A stretch of 64,000 nt of DNA from an uncultured Acidobacteriaceae bacterium (GTDB lineage Bacteria; Acidobacteriota; Terriglobia; Terriglobales; Acidobacteriaceae). The DNA lies in contig CAWCRD010000002.1 of the NCBI GenBank assembly GCA_963797895.1, positions 63,281 through 127,280 on the forward strand, written 5' to 3'. Below, in pieces: positions 19,301 to 28,804 of this stretch. Positions within the stretch are counted from its first letter, which is position 1. Each line of letters starts with the position of its first letter. The notes under the pieces were generated by a model, which worked only from the letters and a program-made list of their open reading frames with translations, made no database searches and was not told where the DNA came from. The translations under genes were made by a program, and so were the position numbers.

Positions 19301-19667
19301 GGCGAAGCTTGTCATAGATCGAGTAGACGTGACCTCCGAGCTCAGGGAGCACGGTGATCTTGAGATATTGGTTTTCAAGATAGATAGCGCGGTAACTCTT
19401 CGGCGCGCGCCGATCGCTCAGGTCATCCAGCATCGGATAGGGATAGACGGGGTGAGGATTGACCAGGGCAAATGGCGGGTTCGGGTCGGGTGGTCCAAGC
19501 TCGTATGTGGGAATGGTGATTGCACCTTCCCACGCGTGTACTGGCTGTGCATGCGCTGTATAGAGAACAGTCAGCAACGCAAGCAGGAGAATGGACGCGT
19601 ATCGGCGAGGATAGCTGTGACAGATTCCTATACTAGTCTTGGCTTTCTGCGGGGCGTGGGCTGACAA
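16347..19667 (-). CDS. DUF5107 domain plus tetratricopeptide-repeat protein (secreted)
   Basis: 1106 aa with a signal-like N-terminus. DUF5107-like segment (ITIPTYELGPPDPNPPF ... YPYPMLD ... GIEFSFPFAH), followed by long TPR arrays. Confidence 0.7.
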   Translation of the reverse strand: MSAHAPQKAKTSIGICHSYPRRYASILLLALLTVLYTAHAQPVHAWEGAITIPTYELGPPDPNPPFALVNPHPVYPYPMLDDLSDRRAPKSYRAIYLENQYLKITVLPELGGHVYSIYDKLRRREMLYRNNVIKYGLVGPRGAWIAGGIEFSFPFAHTTDTVSNVESALHQNSDGSATALIGAIDWVSNMYWEIALTLRPDTARLEERVTLFNATPLSNLYLFWTNTAVPATNDLQYIYPMRETISDDPFAIVQSWPTWKGVDQSWYKNDPSAMAIFARDVHRNFFGVYYHEANYGIVHVSDFRQDPGKKVWSWGTARSGRIWDHILSDDDGPYNEIQSGRFATQGYREFMEPRRVEQWTEYWYPVSGLDGGFVEASSEMALNVSFLQAASTIQTGSAQSGKVKLLFSPVDAVRNATVVVSLGSTLLRTIQNVEWTPLHAAAYTIPVPDLDRARKDLHVEVKSQTGKPLLAWSASDPIDGNPNLIPSVGKPLETPISITPQTPLEQLYLQGVFLQKRGDIDGARKIYRQVLQRDPGYIPALLDEAFYSYRAADFASAEHLIDLAQQRDIENPMVAYAAGLVYRAQDRLSLAADAFWSVIHYGPRSMPGLSLSPAYMELGEIAIRQHDNANAVDLLQQAVDHKPTDALALADLAVAERLNGNLQAAAAASRKAVEQMPLLPYALAEHWQDTDAARSWTQTISSDPQNYLAVAAWYHDLGVWQSSDAVLNAAIAALPARDLSPMVYYYLAANSRQMDKEQAAEFAAKAASLPIAEVFPNTITDAAILNEAVHHNPQDSHAKYALGNFLFAHSRYDEAAALWSEALEQKFENSVLLRNLGVYEWRIKGDLPNAAKYYLHAIALSPKDYRLYEDIDEIYEQVGDTAARTTLFQGAPTDVLDRDTIRARHALFFLEQLQPDQALALLRDHTFKPWEGGVIVHNIFVRANIEKGKMALAAHKPQEAAQDFQEAMRYPENLGTGEPVDPGLAEQLYWLGAALEMQGKRDDATTAWTKATTGPEVKANVFSALAYRKLGQDTLARQLLEQCIANAESPTVTAADYFRAGMAELYSGNAERANRDFHLALETDPLLWQARIAEADMGSEKAAKTP

Positions 19668-19874
19668 TGCAATCCTCTCAGGTCAGACTGCGATCCCATT
19701 GCGAGTTGTGCGGAGTACGAGGGATCTGTGTAGACGTGTTGTTGTCGTAAATCATGTGTAGCGCTGGCAAGCTGCAACCGCAAAATACGATACACGTTGT
19801 ACTGGCCGGCGTGTACTGTGAAGAGCGAATGGAGATGCATTGTGTCGATTTCTTTCCGTCCCCTCAGAGCGGTG

Positions 19875-20585
19875 ATGGTGAGCCTTATCGCAGGAGCAAT
19901 AGTCGTGACATTTTTCATGGTTAGTGTTGCCCATGCGAATGATCCCAGCGTTGCAACCGTGAAAAGTGTACGGGCCGCGGACAATGTTACGCTCAGTCCG
20001 GATCCTGAATCGCCATTCTGGCGCGACAGCCCGCCTGTAACATTCGCAGGCGATAACTATGGTCGTCCGGTGCCCCAATTGCGGACTGAAGTGCGTTCAC
20101 GGTGGACGAATGACAGCTTGTATCTTCTCTTTGTATGCCCCTACGAGAAACTCAACCTGAAGCCGTCACCTGCCACCAGGAAGGAAACAAACCAACTTTG
20201 GAATTGGGACGTCGCAGAAGCTTTTATCGGCTACGATTTCCAACACATCCGGCGCTACAAAGAGTTCGAATTGTCGCCACAGGGCGAATGGCTCGATCTC
20301 GATATCGACCTGGATCGGACTCATGATGAACACGGCTGGATGTGGAATTCTGGTTTCGAAACAACTGCGCGAATCGATCCCAAAAGGAAGATATGGTACG
20401 GAGCGATGCGCATTCCATTCGCTGCTATCGATTCCAGACCGCCACGCGTTGGCAGCGTGTTTCGGGTGAACTTCTTCAGAGCCCAGGGAGCACCTCCCGA
20501 GCGGCATTTACTCGCCTGGCAGGCTCCGATGGGCGAATCGTTCCATGTGCCTGAGCGGTTTGGGCGACTCGAGCTGGTCAGGTAG
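19875..20585 (+). CDS. Carbohydrate-binding family 9 (CBM9/DOMON-like) secreted protein; start set at the signal-peptide ATG
   Basis: Signal peptide MVSLIAGAIVVTFFMVSVAHA. CBM9-like segments WNWDVAEAFIGYD, EFELSPQGEWLDLDID and FRVNFFR. Confidence 0.6.
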   Translation: MVSLIAGAIVVTFFMVSVAHANDPSVATVKSVRAADNVTLSPDPESPFWRDSPPVTFAGDNYGRPVPQLRTEVRSRWTNDSLYLLFVCPYEKLNLKPSPATRKETNQLWNWDVAEAFIGYDFQHIRRYKEFELSPQGEWLDLDIDLDRTHDEHGWMWNSGFETTARIDPKRKIWYGAMRIPFAAIDSRPPRVGSVFRVNFFRAQGAPPERHLLAWQAPMGESFHVPERFGRLELVR

Positions 20586-20715
20586 TAAGCGACGCATTGC
20601 GTCTCGTGCGCCCGGAGAGAACCAGCGGAACCAGCAGCAACGTCGATAGAAGAGCCTGTGAAAATCAGCGGGCGGCGAGCTGGGCTCTCCATCTGCACAT
20701 AACTAGCCCATGCGC

Positions 20716-23433
20716 CTAGTTGCCGCGCAGGGCTACCATCGGGTTCACACGGGATGCCCGGCGCGCCGGTATGTAACCAGCAAGCAGCGCGACGACCATG
20801 AGCAACGCGACCATGCCGGCGAAGGTTGCCGGATCCGTAGGCGCGGTGTTGAAGAGCATGGCCGAGATCAGCGATGCGACGGCAACCGACACGACAGCGC
20901 CGACAGCGATGCCGATGAGCGCAAGGCGCATGGTGCGAAAGATGACGCTGAACTGTACGCGTGCGGCGGTCGCGCCTAGCGCCATGCGGATGCCGATCTC
21001 AAGCGTCTGGCGCGTGACTGAGTAGGAGATAACACCGTAAATGCCGAGTGCCGCAAGAAAGAGTCCAAGCGCGGCAAAGGTGCCGACCAGCAGCACAAAG
21101 AAGCGGCGCGGCGATACGGCATGATCGACCAGTGATTGGATCGGGCGCAGCGGCACGGCGGATTGTCCCGGATTGATCTCTCGTAAAGTCTGCATGACAC
21201 TCGACGCAAGTTGAGTTGGTGGTACCTTGCTGCGGATGACGAGCTCCGCGCCCTCAGGATCCTGCTGCGTCGTGGGGTAATAGACCTGCCAATCCGGCTG
21301 GCCTTCCACGCTGGTCTGATGCACGTCGGGGATGGTGCCGATGATGCGGGTGTCGTTGCCACCCGCGTCGATCACATGGCCGACGGCATCTCCGTTGGGA
21401 TACATCTGACGCGCGGCACTTTCATTGATGATGATGACGCGATCGCCCGTTTTCGACGGCGGCACAGAGGGTTTGGCAGCGGCCTGGTTAGCCGGGGGTG
21501 GAGGCGGCAGCGGCAAGTCTTCCCAACTGAAATCCCGTCCTTTGATCGGCACACCCATCGCGGCAAGATAGCCCGGCGTCACGATATAAACCAAAGCGCA
21601 CGGAAGATGTGCCGCCTCGAGCTGTTTTTGATCGACGTCTTTGCGGTGCGGAGTGCCCCAGCAGCGATTGCGTTCAAAGGGTAAGTTGTCGGAGATACCG
21701 GCATGCTCAACGCCGGGAATAGCGCTGACGCGAGTCAGAATGTTCTGCAGAATTGCGCTGCGCTTGTTGGCCTTGCCGCCGTCATCGTAATCGACTTTGA
21801 TGGCTGCAGCCGCAGCGGGTTTGAAGCCGAGGTCGACATCGAGGACGCGCAGGAAGCTGCGCATGAGCAGACCGGCGCCCACGAGAAGAACGCAGGCGAG
21901 CGCAACCTCCGAGATAACGAGCACAGAACGGAGACGTTCATGCCGCCGGCTGTCGCTTGCGCCATGCCCGCCGGTGTCCTTGAGGGATTCCTGGAGATTG
22001 GTGCTGGACATGCGGAAACCCGGCGCGAGCCCAAAGAGCACCGCGGTGGCGACTGCGACGAGGACGGTCCAGAGCAGAGCCGTGCCATCGATCCTCACAT
22101 CGTTCAGAAGCGGCAGCGCGAGCGAGCTCTGATGCTGCAGCCATATTGTGATGGCGGAGGCCAGCGCCAGGCCAAGTACCGAGCCGACACTGGAGAGTAG
22201 GAGGCTCTCCGTCAGCAATTGGCGGATGATGCGGCCGCGGCTCGCGCCGAGTGCACCGCGGAGTGCGAATTCCTTGCTCCGCGCGGTGGCGCGGGCAAGC
22301 AACAAGTTCGAGAGATTGACGCAGACGATGAGAAGAATGAGGCCAACTGCAGACCAGAGCACCACAAGCGAACGATGGAGCTTACCGCTGACGTACTCTT
22401 TGAGCGGAGTTGGATAACCGCTGTAGCCCCTGCCGTATTCAGGATGGTCGATCATGAAATCGAGTTTCGGGAAGAGCAGCGCAGCTTCGCCACGCGCCTG
22501 CTCCACGGTGACTCCGGGCTTGAGACGGCCGATCAGCGTGATGGTATTGCCGTCGAGCCGAGTGCCCTTGAAATCGATGGGTACGAATAGATCGACCTTT
22601 GTGCCAGGAGCAAAGATGGCTCCGAAGTCGAAGCTGTGCGGCAGTACGCCAATGACGGTGAAGGATCGGTCGTTGAAGTCGATTGTCTTACCGAGAATCG
22701 AAGGATCAGAGTGGAACTGCCGCTGCCAAATTGGATAACTCAGCAGAACGACCTGGCCGGCTCCTGGAAGAGATTCGTTCTCGCGGAAGGAACGGCCCAT
22801 CAAAGGGTCCACGCCGAGCACCTGAAAAAAATCCGGAGTGACGCCGATACCGGTAAAGGGCTTTACATCGCCGTGGCCGGTGAGCTTGAAGTTGTCTCCT
22901 GAAGAGAAAGCGAAGTAACCGGCGACATCGGTGTAGGACTTATTGCGCTCGCGAAACTCCTTGTAGGCATCGATGGAGTAAGTGGCCGCAGACCAATTGC
23001 CATCGAAGTTTTTCGGCCCGATCCAGAGCAGACGAGAAGCGTCGCGGAAGGGCAACGGCCGCAGCATCAGCGTATTGACCACGCTGAAGACGGCGATATT
23101 CGCGCCGATGCCGAGCGCGAGTATAAGGATCGCAATGCAGGTGAAGGCCAAGTCGCGGCGGAGAGTGCGGAACGTATAACGGAGGTCCTGCATGAGGATG
23201 TCGAGTGCGGGCAGTCCCCGCGCTGCGCGCTGTTCCTCACGTGACTGCTCCACCCCACCGAAGCGGATGAGCGCCTGCCGACGCGCCTCTTCCGGAGGCA
23301 GTCCGCGCTGCCGATTCTCTTCGATGGCAAGATCGAGATGCGAGGCAAGCTCCTGCTCGAAGTCAGCATCGCGCGGCGCTTTGCCGGCGAAGGCGCGAAT
23401 GCGGGCCATTGCAGAGCGAATCAGGGAAATCAT
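20716..23433 (-). CDS. ADOP-family duplicated ABC transporter permease (MacB/FtsX-like)
   Basis: About 905 aa from MISLIRSAMARIRAFAGKAPRDADFEQELASHL, the typical ADOP N-terminus. It has two MacB_PCD/FtsX modules. The start overlaps the PadR stop (ATGA at 23430-23433). Confidence 0.85.
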   Translation of the reverse strand: MISLIRSAMARIRAFAGKAPRDADFEQELASHLDLAIEENRQRGLPPEEARRQALIRFGGVEQSREEQRAARGLPALDILMQDLRYTFRTLRRDLAFTCIAILILALGIGANIAVFSVVNTLMLRPLPFRDASRLLWIGPKNFDGNWSAATYSIDAYKEFRERNKSYTDVAGYFAFSSGDNFKLTGHGDVKPFTGIGVTPDFFQVLGVDPLMGRSFRENESLPGAGQVVLLSYPIWQRQFHSDPSILGKTIDFNDRSFTVIGVLPHSFDFGAIFAPGTKVDLFVPIDFKGTRLDGNTITLIGRLKPGVTVEQARGEAALLFPKLDFMIDHPEYGRGYSGYPTPLKEYVSGKLHRSLVVLWSAVGLILLIVCVNLSNLLLARATARSKEFALRGALGASRGRIIRQLLTESLLLSSVGSVLGLALASAITIWLQHQSSLALPLLNDVRIDGTALLWTVLVAVATAVLFGLAPGFRMSSTNLQESLKDTGGHGASDSRRHERLRSVLVISEVALACVLLVGAGLLMRSFLRVLDVDLGFKPAAAAAIKVDYDDGGKANKRSAILQNILTRVSAIPGVEHAGISDNLPFERNRCWGTPHRKDVDQKQLEAAHLPCALVYIVTPGYLAAMGVPIKGRDFSWEDLPLPPPPPANQAAAKPSVPPSKTGDRVIIINESAARQMYPNGDAVGHVIDAGGNDTRIIGTIPDVHQTSVEGQPDWQVYYPTTQQDPEGAELVIRSKVPPTQLASSVMQTLREINPGQSAVPLRPIQSLVDHAVSPRRFFVLLVGTFAALGLFLAALGIYGVISYSVTRQTLEIGIRMALGATAARVQFSVIFRTMRLALIGIAVGAVVSVAVASLISAMLFNTAPTDPATFAGMVALLMVVALLAGYIPARRASRVNPMVALRGN

Positions 23434-23780
23434 TTGCCACCCTCCGGAGTTTGTGCGAACACACGGCCCATTACGTCGGCAAGGCGCCGCCAGTCCTCCG
23501 CGTCGCGCGCAAGCTGCTTCCGGCCGTTGCGCGTAATCGCGTAGTACTTGGCCTTGCGATTGTTGTCGGAGGTGCCCCACTCAGCCGTGATCCAGCCGCG
23601 ATTCTGCAGGCGGACAAGCGAGGCATAGATGGTCCCCTGGTTGAGCAGGATGGTGTTGCCGCTGATCTGCTCGATCCGGCGTGCGATACCGTAGCCGTGC
23701 AGTTCGCCCATAGCGGCGAGGGTCTGGAGGACCATAAGGTCCAGAGTTCCCTGAAGCAGATCGAGTTTGGGATCGGACAT
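23430..23780 (-). CDS. PadR family transcriptional regulator
   Basis: 116 aa from MSDPKLDLLQGTLDLMVLQTL ... HGYGIARRIEQ ... GTIYASLVRLQNRGWI ... KYYAIT. This is a canonical PadR winged helix. Confidence 0.9.
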   Translation of the reverse strand: MSDPKLDLLQGTLDLMVLQTLAAMGELHGYGIARRIEQISGNTILLNQGTIYASLVRLQNRGWITAEWGTSDNNRKAKYYAITRNGRKQLARDAEDWRRLADVMGRVFAQTPEGGK

Positions 23781-23797
23781 GCGGCAGTTCTCTCCTG

Positions 23798-23844
23798 TGT
23801 GGCAACCACATGAGTATGCCATACCCTCTGTGGGACTGCCACAG
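23798..23844. promoter_or_regulatory. Two inverted repeats with TGTGG/CCACA half-sites in the PadR/GH39 divergent promoter region (candidate PadR operators)
   Basis: TGTGG-CAA-CCACA at 23798..23810 and CTGTGG-GACTG-CCACAG at 23828..23844, 18-64 nt upstream of the PadR start codon. Confidence 0.3.
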
Positions 23845-23955
23845 GTGAATCTACGCGCGGCCCACGGCAGCGGTTCCCGAAAAATTCCGGTCTTTCCTGA
23901 CAGAATGAATTGGGACCAGCCTCGCTTTGCCAATATCGTCGTTTAGAGTGACGGC

Positions 23956-25641
23956 ATGTCCTGGCGATCCCTTTCTCTCGGCCTCTTGTTTGTTGTCGCA
24001 TTGGTTCCGGCAAACAGCGAAGATGCCGCAACCGTTCGCGTGACTGTGCATGCGGACGGTCCGACGAGCGCGTTCACGCCGATCTGGAGCTACTTTGGAG
24101 CGGATGAGCCGAACTATGTTTATGGGCCGCACGGGCGGAAGCTGCTGGAAGAGCTGGGCGCGCTGGGTCGTACGGCGGATGCTCCCGTGTACTTTCGCAC
24201 GCACAACCTGTTCACAACCGGCCATGGCGAGGCCTCACTGAAGTGGGGCTCGACCAATGTGTACACCGAGCGTACAGACGGCACGCCGATCTACGACTGG
24301 ACGATCACGGACCGCATCTTCGACGCAATGCGCGATGCCGGAGTGCGGCCGATTGTGGAGTTGGGATTTATGCCGGTGGCGCTGTCGACGCATCCGGAGC
24401 CATACCGTCACAATTTTCCCAAGGGCGATGTCTTTACCGGCTGGAGCTACCCACCGAAGGATTATGCGAAATGGGGCGCACTGGTGGGGACTTACGCCGC
24501 GCATCTGAAACAGCGCTACGGAGCAGCGGTGGACGGATGGTTATGGGAGGTGTGGAACGAGCCGGACATCGCCTACTGGCACGGCACGCCGGAAGAATAC
24601 GACCGGCTGTACGATGTCTCGGCTGCGGCGGTCCGCAAGGTGCTGCCCCACGCGAAGATCGGCGGGCCGGAATCGACCGGCGTGTATGCGGGAAAAAATG
24701 GGCCGAGCACCAGCGAGACGTTTCTACGGCAATTTCTGGAGCACTGCGCGCATGGGAAGAATGCCGCGACGGGCGGCATGGGCGCGCCGCTGGACTTCAT
24801 CAGCTTTCATCCAAAGGGCGCGCCGAAATTTGTGGATGGGCATGTCGTCATGAATGTCGGACACCAGCTTGCCGCTGTGGAGCGCGGCATGGAAGTAGTG
24901 GCAAGCTATCCAGAGTGGCGCAAGACCCCGATCATTCTGGGCGAGAGCGATCCCGAGGGCTGCGCGGCCTGTCAAGGGGCCCAGAATGGCTATCGCAACG
25001 GACCTCTCTACGGAGTGAGCGTGGCCGAGGCCACAGCGCGCACCTGGGAACTTGCCCGCAAGCACAGCGTGCAAGTGCAGGGCGCGGTGACATGGGCATT
25101 CACGTTTGAAGACCAGCCGTACTTTGCAGGCTTTCGCGAGCTGGCAACGAACGGCGTGGATAAACCGGTGCTGAACGTCTTCCGCATGATGGCGATGCTG
25201 GGCGGCGAGTGGGTGCGGACCGAAAGCACCGGTGCGCTACCGCTGGACGATATTGTCACCCGGAGTGTGACAGACGCGCCGGACGTGGATGCGGTCGCTA
25301 CGCGCCGGCCGCGCGAGTTGGACATACTGCTTTGGAATTATCACGATGCTGACCTGCCGGCAGCTCCCGCGAACGTGGCGGTGGAAGTGCGCGGGCTTAC
25401 ACCTGCCCAGGTGAAGGAAGAGGTTTTTCTGACGGATGCATCACACAGCAATGCGTATGCAGTGTGGCAGCGAATGGGAAGTCCCGAGAAGCCCAGTGCT
25501 GCGCAACAGCAGGAGCTGGTACGTGCAGGAAAGCTGGAGCGCGTGACGGCGCCACATGCGCTGGCGGTGAAAGATGGCGCGGCACGCGTGCAGATGCTAT
25601 TGGCGCGGCAGGGCGTTACGCTGGTGCGGCTGCAATGGTAG
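23956..25641 (+). CDS. Glycoside hydrolase family 39-like (beta-xylosidase-type, clan GH-A) secreted enzyme
   Basis: Signal peptide and a TIM-barrel with the acid/base motif WLWEVWNEPD. The length (561 aa) and C-terminal beta-sandwich fit GH39. Confidence 0.75.
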   Translation: MSWRSLSLGLLFVVALVPANSEDAATVRVTVHADGPTSAFTPIWSYFGADEPNYVYGPHGRKLLEELGALGRTADAPVYFRTHNLFTTGHGEASLKWGSTNVYTERTDGTPIYDWTITDRIFDAMRDAGVRPIVELGFMPVALSTHPEPYRHNFPKGDVFTGWSYPPKDYAKWGALVGTYAAHLKQRYGAAVDGWLWEVWNEPDIAYWHGTPEEYDRLYDVSAAAVRKVLPHAKIGGPESTGVYAGKNGPSTSETFLRQFLEHCAHGKNAATGGMGAPLDFISFHPKGAPKFVDGHVVMNVGHQLAAVERGMEVVASYPEWRKTPIILGESDPEGCAACQGAQNGYRNGPLYGVSVAEATARTWELARKHSVQVQGAVTWAFTFEDQPYFAGFRELATNGVDKPVLNVFRMMAMLGGEWVRTESTGALPLDDIVTRSVTDAPDVDAVATRRPRELDILLWNYHDADLPAAPANVAVEVRGLTPAQVKEEVFLTDASHSNAYAVWQRMGSPEKPSAAQQQELVRAGKLERVTAPHALAVKDGAARVQMLLARQGVTLVRLQW

Positions 25642-26987
25642 GCCTGCCGCTGGACGCCGCTCTTAATACCTCTCGGGCTGCTCTGTGCATGCACAGTGGA
25701 ATGATTCCCCTCGCGTGGCCTGAGCAGTGGCCCTTTCTGCCGGTGATCGAGCGCTTCGGCATGGCTGTCGCCGTAGGTGTCTTCGTCGGCCTGGAGCGGG
25801 AGCACAGCGGCAAGCTGGGAACGCGCACCTTCGGATTGGTCGCGTTGCTGGGCTGTCTGGCAGGACTCGAAGGGCCGCAGCTTGTCTGGGCCGCCATGGC
25901 GTTTGTTCTGCTGCTGATCTGGCTGATCAATTGGCGCAGCCTGAGCGCACACGACCAGTTGGCCACCACAACCTCGCTTAGCTTGGCCATCGTAGCCCTG
26001 TGCGGCGTATTGTGCGGCTTCGGACATCTGTATACGCCGGTGCTGGCTGTGATCCTGTGCACTGCCCTGCTGGCCTGGAAGCAGCCGATCCATACGTTCA
26101 TCAGTGGGCTGACACAGCAGGAGATCCGCTCGGCGGTGCTGCTGGCCGTTCTGTCAGGCATCATTCTGCCGGCGCTGCCATCGCATCCGGTCGATCCGTG
26201 GCGGCTGATCCATCCGCGCGATAACTGGTGGAGCGTCGTGCTGATCGCCGGCATCGGTTTCATCAACTACATCCTGCTGCGCGTGCTGGGACCGGGCGGT
26301 ATGGAGGTGACTGCTTTCTTCGGCGGGCTCGTGAACAGCCGCAAAGTCATCGTCGAGTTCATGCTGCGCTCGGAGAGCAATCGCGAGGCCCTGCTGCCGG
26401 TGATGTATCGCGGCGTCATGCTGGCAACCGCTGCGATGGCCCTGCGCAACGCGATCATCGTTGCGGTGCTGGCAAAATCGAAGGTTGCGCTGCTGTACAG
26501 CGCGGCGCCGCTCGGACTGATGTTCCTGCTGAGTGCGGTGCTTTGGATGACGCACCCGCTGCGGCGCGACAAGGGAGGGGCTCCGGCCCTCACACTCGAT
26601 TCGCCGTTCAGCCTTTCGGCTGCGCTGAAGTTTGGCATTGTCTTCCTGCTGCTGAACGTGGCAGGCGCGCTTGCGCAGCGGCACTTCGGCTCTGGCAGCT
26701 TCTTTTTCGTCAGCATCGCCGGCGGCCTAATCTCGAGCGGCTCTTCGATCGCCTCGGCATCCACCCTGATCCACCACGGCGAAGTGCCTGCGCTGACGGG
26801 CGTCATTGGTGTCGCGCTGTCCAGCCTGACCAGCGTCCTCATCAATATCCCATTGCTGCAACGTGTACCGGCCGAAGGCGGATACCGTCGTAAAGCGATC
26901 GTCGCGCTGTGCGGAATAGCCATCGCCGGGGCAGCCGGAATCGCAATGGATCTCGTATGGATGCATATGCACGGGCCGGCGATATAG
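25635..26987 (+). CDS. MgtC/SapB family plus DUF4010 integral membrane protein; start uncertain (25635, 25689 or 25701)
   Basis: Motif VGVFVGLEREHSGKLGTRTFGLVALLG (MgtC-type GLERE...RT) followed by many TM helices. The upstream part of ORF 25464.. overlaps GH39 and looks non-coding. Confidence 0.7.
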   Translation: MVGLPLDAALNTSRAALCMHSGMIPLAWPEQWPFLPVIERFGMAVAVGVFVGLEREHSGKLGTRTFGLVALLGCLAGLEGPQLVWAAMAFVLLLIWLINWRSLSAHDQLATTTSLSLAIVALCGVLCGFGHLYTPVLAVILCTALLAWKQPIHTFISGLTQQEIRSAVLLAVLSGIILPALPSHPVDPWRLIHPRDNWWSVVLIAGIGFINYILLRVLGPGGMEVTAFFGGLVNSRKVIVEFMLRSESNREALLPVMYRGVMLATAAMALRNAIIVAVLAKSKVALLYSAAPLGLMFLLSAVLWMTHPLRRDKGGAPALTLDSPFSLSAALKFGIVFLLLNVAGALAQRHFGSGSFFFVSIAGGLISSGSSIASASTLIHHGEVPALTGVIGVALSSLTSVLINIPLLQRVPAEGGYRRKAIVALCGIAIAGAAGIAMDLVWMHMHGPAI

Positions 26988-27223
26988 GGCCGCCACTCGG
27001 ATGGCGGTGAGCGATTCAGAAGCCTGTTAAAGAAAGAGCCTCCTCGCTCTTCGAATATCGACTTGTTATTTCATAATGGACAAACGAAACACAACGAAGT
27101 ATAGAGAAAGGAAATGAAGTGTCTTTCGCGCAATGGATCATCCTCTCGCGAAAGACCGCGGGCTGGAAGCCGAGTTCATGGTGTGCAATTCGCCACGGCG
27201 GAACAAGGGAGGAATTCGCTTCG

Positions 27224-28801
27224 ATGCATCGCAGGGAGTTTTTCAAAGGCAGTGTTGCCACGGCCGGAGCTCTCGCCATCGGGAGCGGCCGAGCGCAGGC
27301 GATGGTGCGCGCTCACAACTGGGAAAAGTACGATTTTGGCTCTGGGCCTCTAGTTGCGGATCGCCTGAACCAGGGGCCCTTTCCGCAATATCCTCCGGAT
27401 GCGGCAATTCCGGCCGATGAAGTAGTCATGGCGACGAGCCCGTCCGACGAAGTAGTCCCGAACTACGGCAAAGGTCTGGTCACCTACATCACCGCTGACA
27501 TGGGGAAAGAGGAGATCAAAGGGGACAATCTGGCCCGCGCTATCGAAGACCTGGTTCGATTTCCGCTGGGGCAGCAACTCTATATTCGGCCAACCTGGCG
27601 GGAGATTCAGCCGCGTCGCGGACGTCTTGACTTCCCGGACTATCTAAACCTGGTCTTTGAGTTAGCAAGAAGGAGCAATAAGCGGATCGGTCTCCGCGTT
27701 CAAATGAGCGCGCCGGATTATAGACACGAACCGGCGCTACCCGACTTTGTTCTCGAAAAAGTACCGAAAGTGAATCTCCTCCTCGCGGACCAGAAAGATC
27801 AGGCCGCCGCTCAGCGATTTCTCGATAACCCGCATTCCCGTTATCAGCCGCGCTTCGATGATCCGTTCTTTCAGCAATCCTTTCGAGAACTTATAGGTCT
27901 GCTGGCCGCGGAGTTCAATGGGAACCCGTCGATCGAATTCATCGACACGTTCATGTATGGGTTCTGGGGAGAAGGCCACACCTGGCCCTTCAGCAACAAT
28001 CCGTTTCCGGATTATCAGACCGCGGAACGCACCTGGATTGAAATGTTTGAACTGCAGTCGCAGCATTTCACCAAGACCCCTTTGCTGACCAACACACAAC
28101 CGGACTTCAGCCGGGTAGGCAATTCCGAAGTTCTGGACCGCAGCGTGCGCAGCAATAACTGGATTCGGAGCGACACCATCTTTATCGAAAACGAGCAGAT
28201 TGAAGCACTGAGTAACCGTCCCCCGTGGATTGCCGCTCTGCTCGAGCAGGGGCTTCCAGGCAAAGCTCCCAAAGCAGGTGGCGGCCCGGACGGAATCTCA
28301 CAAACGGAAAACATGATTGCGCATGTCATGGATGTGGGAGCGAACTACTGGTCACTATGGAACTTTCATCAGATCAGCGCGGCAAATCTTGCTAGCTACT
28401 ATCAGACCTATCCAGCATGGTTCGACCGGATCAACCGGCGCATTGGTTATCGTGTGCGGCCATCATTCATCTGGAGCTACGAGGATGACGGATATCTCGG
28501 GCTGATTTGCGGCTTCGCGAATGACGGCATAGCGGGTGTTCCCGGTGTGCTGCGCGTCACCGTGGAGAACCAGGAGGGAAAGCCCGTCACGAGCGGTTGT
28601 CTGGATGCCGGCCATCCGCTGCCGGGAAAAATCCGGCAAGCACAGTTCATTTTGCCGCGCGGGACAAAGTGGCAAGATCTCAGGCTGAAGGCAGAGATCA
28701 AGGTGAAAGGAATGCTCTATCCGGTGCGATGGGCGTGTGGGCAGAAGCTGAATGAAGATGGCTCCCTGACGCTGCGGCCCAATCTTCGACAGGACATTTA
28801 A
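27224..28801 (+). CDS. Tat-signal secreted protein, putative glycoside-hydrolase-like TIM barrel (DUF4832/GH42-like)
   Basis: Twin-arginine signal MHRREFFKGSVATAGALAIGSGRAQA. Segments LYIRPTWREIQPRRGRLDF and FMYGFWGEGH resemble GH-like families. The function is not certain. Confidence 0.5.
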   Translation: MHRREFFKGSVATAGALAIGSGRAQAMVRAHNWEKYDFGSGPLVADRLNQGPFPQYPPDAAIPADEVVMATSPSDEVVPNYGKGLVTYITADMGKEEIKGDNLARAIEDLVRFPLGQQLYIRPTWREIQPRRGRLDFPDYLNLVFELARRSNKRIGLRVQMSAPDYRHEPALPDFVLEKVPKVNLLLADQKDQAAAQRFLDNPHSRYQPRFDDPFFQQSFRELIGLLAAEFNGNPSIEFIDTFMYGFWGEGHTWPFSNNPFPDYQTAERTWIEMFELQSQHFTKTPLLTNTQPDFSRVGNSEVLDRSVRSNNWIRSDTIFIENEQIEALSNRPPWIAALLEQGLPGKAPKAGGGPDGISQTENMIAHVMDVGANYWSLWNFHQISAANLASYYQTYPAWFDRINRRIGYRVRPSFIWSYEDDGYLGLICGFANDGIAGVPGVLRVTVENQEGKPVTSGCLDAGHPLPGKIRQAQFILPRGTKWQDLRLKAEIKVKGMLYPVRWACGQKLNEDGSLTLRPNLRQDI

Positions 28802-28804
28802 CCA

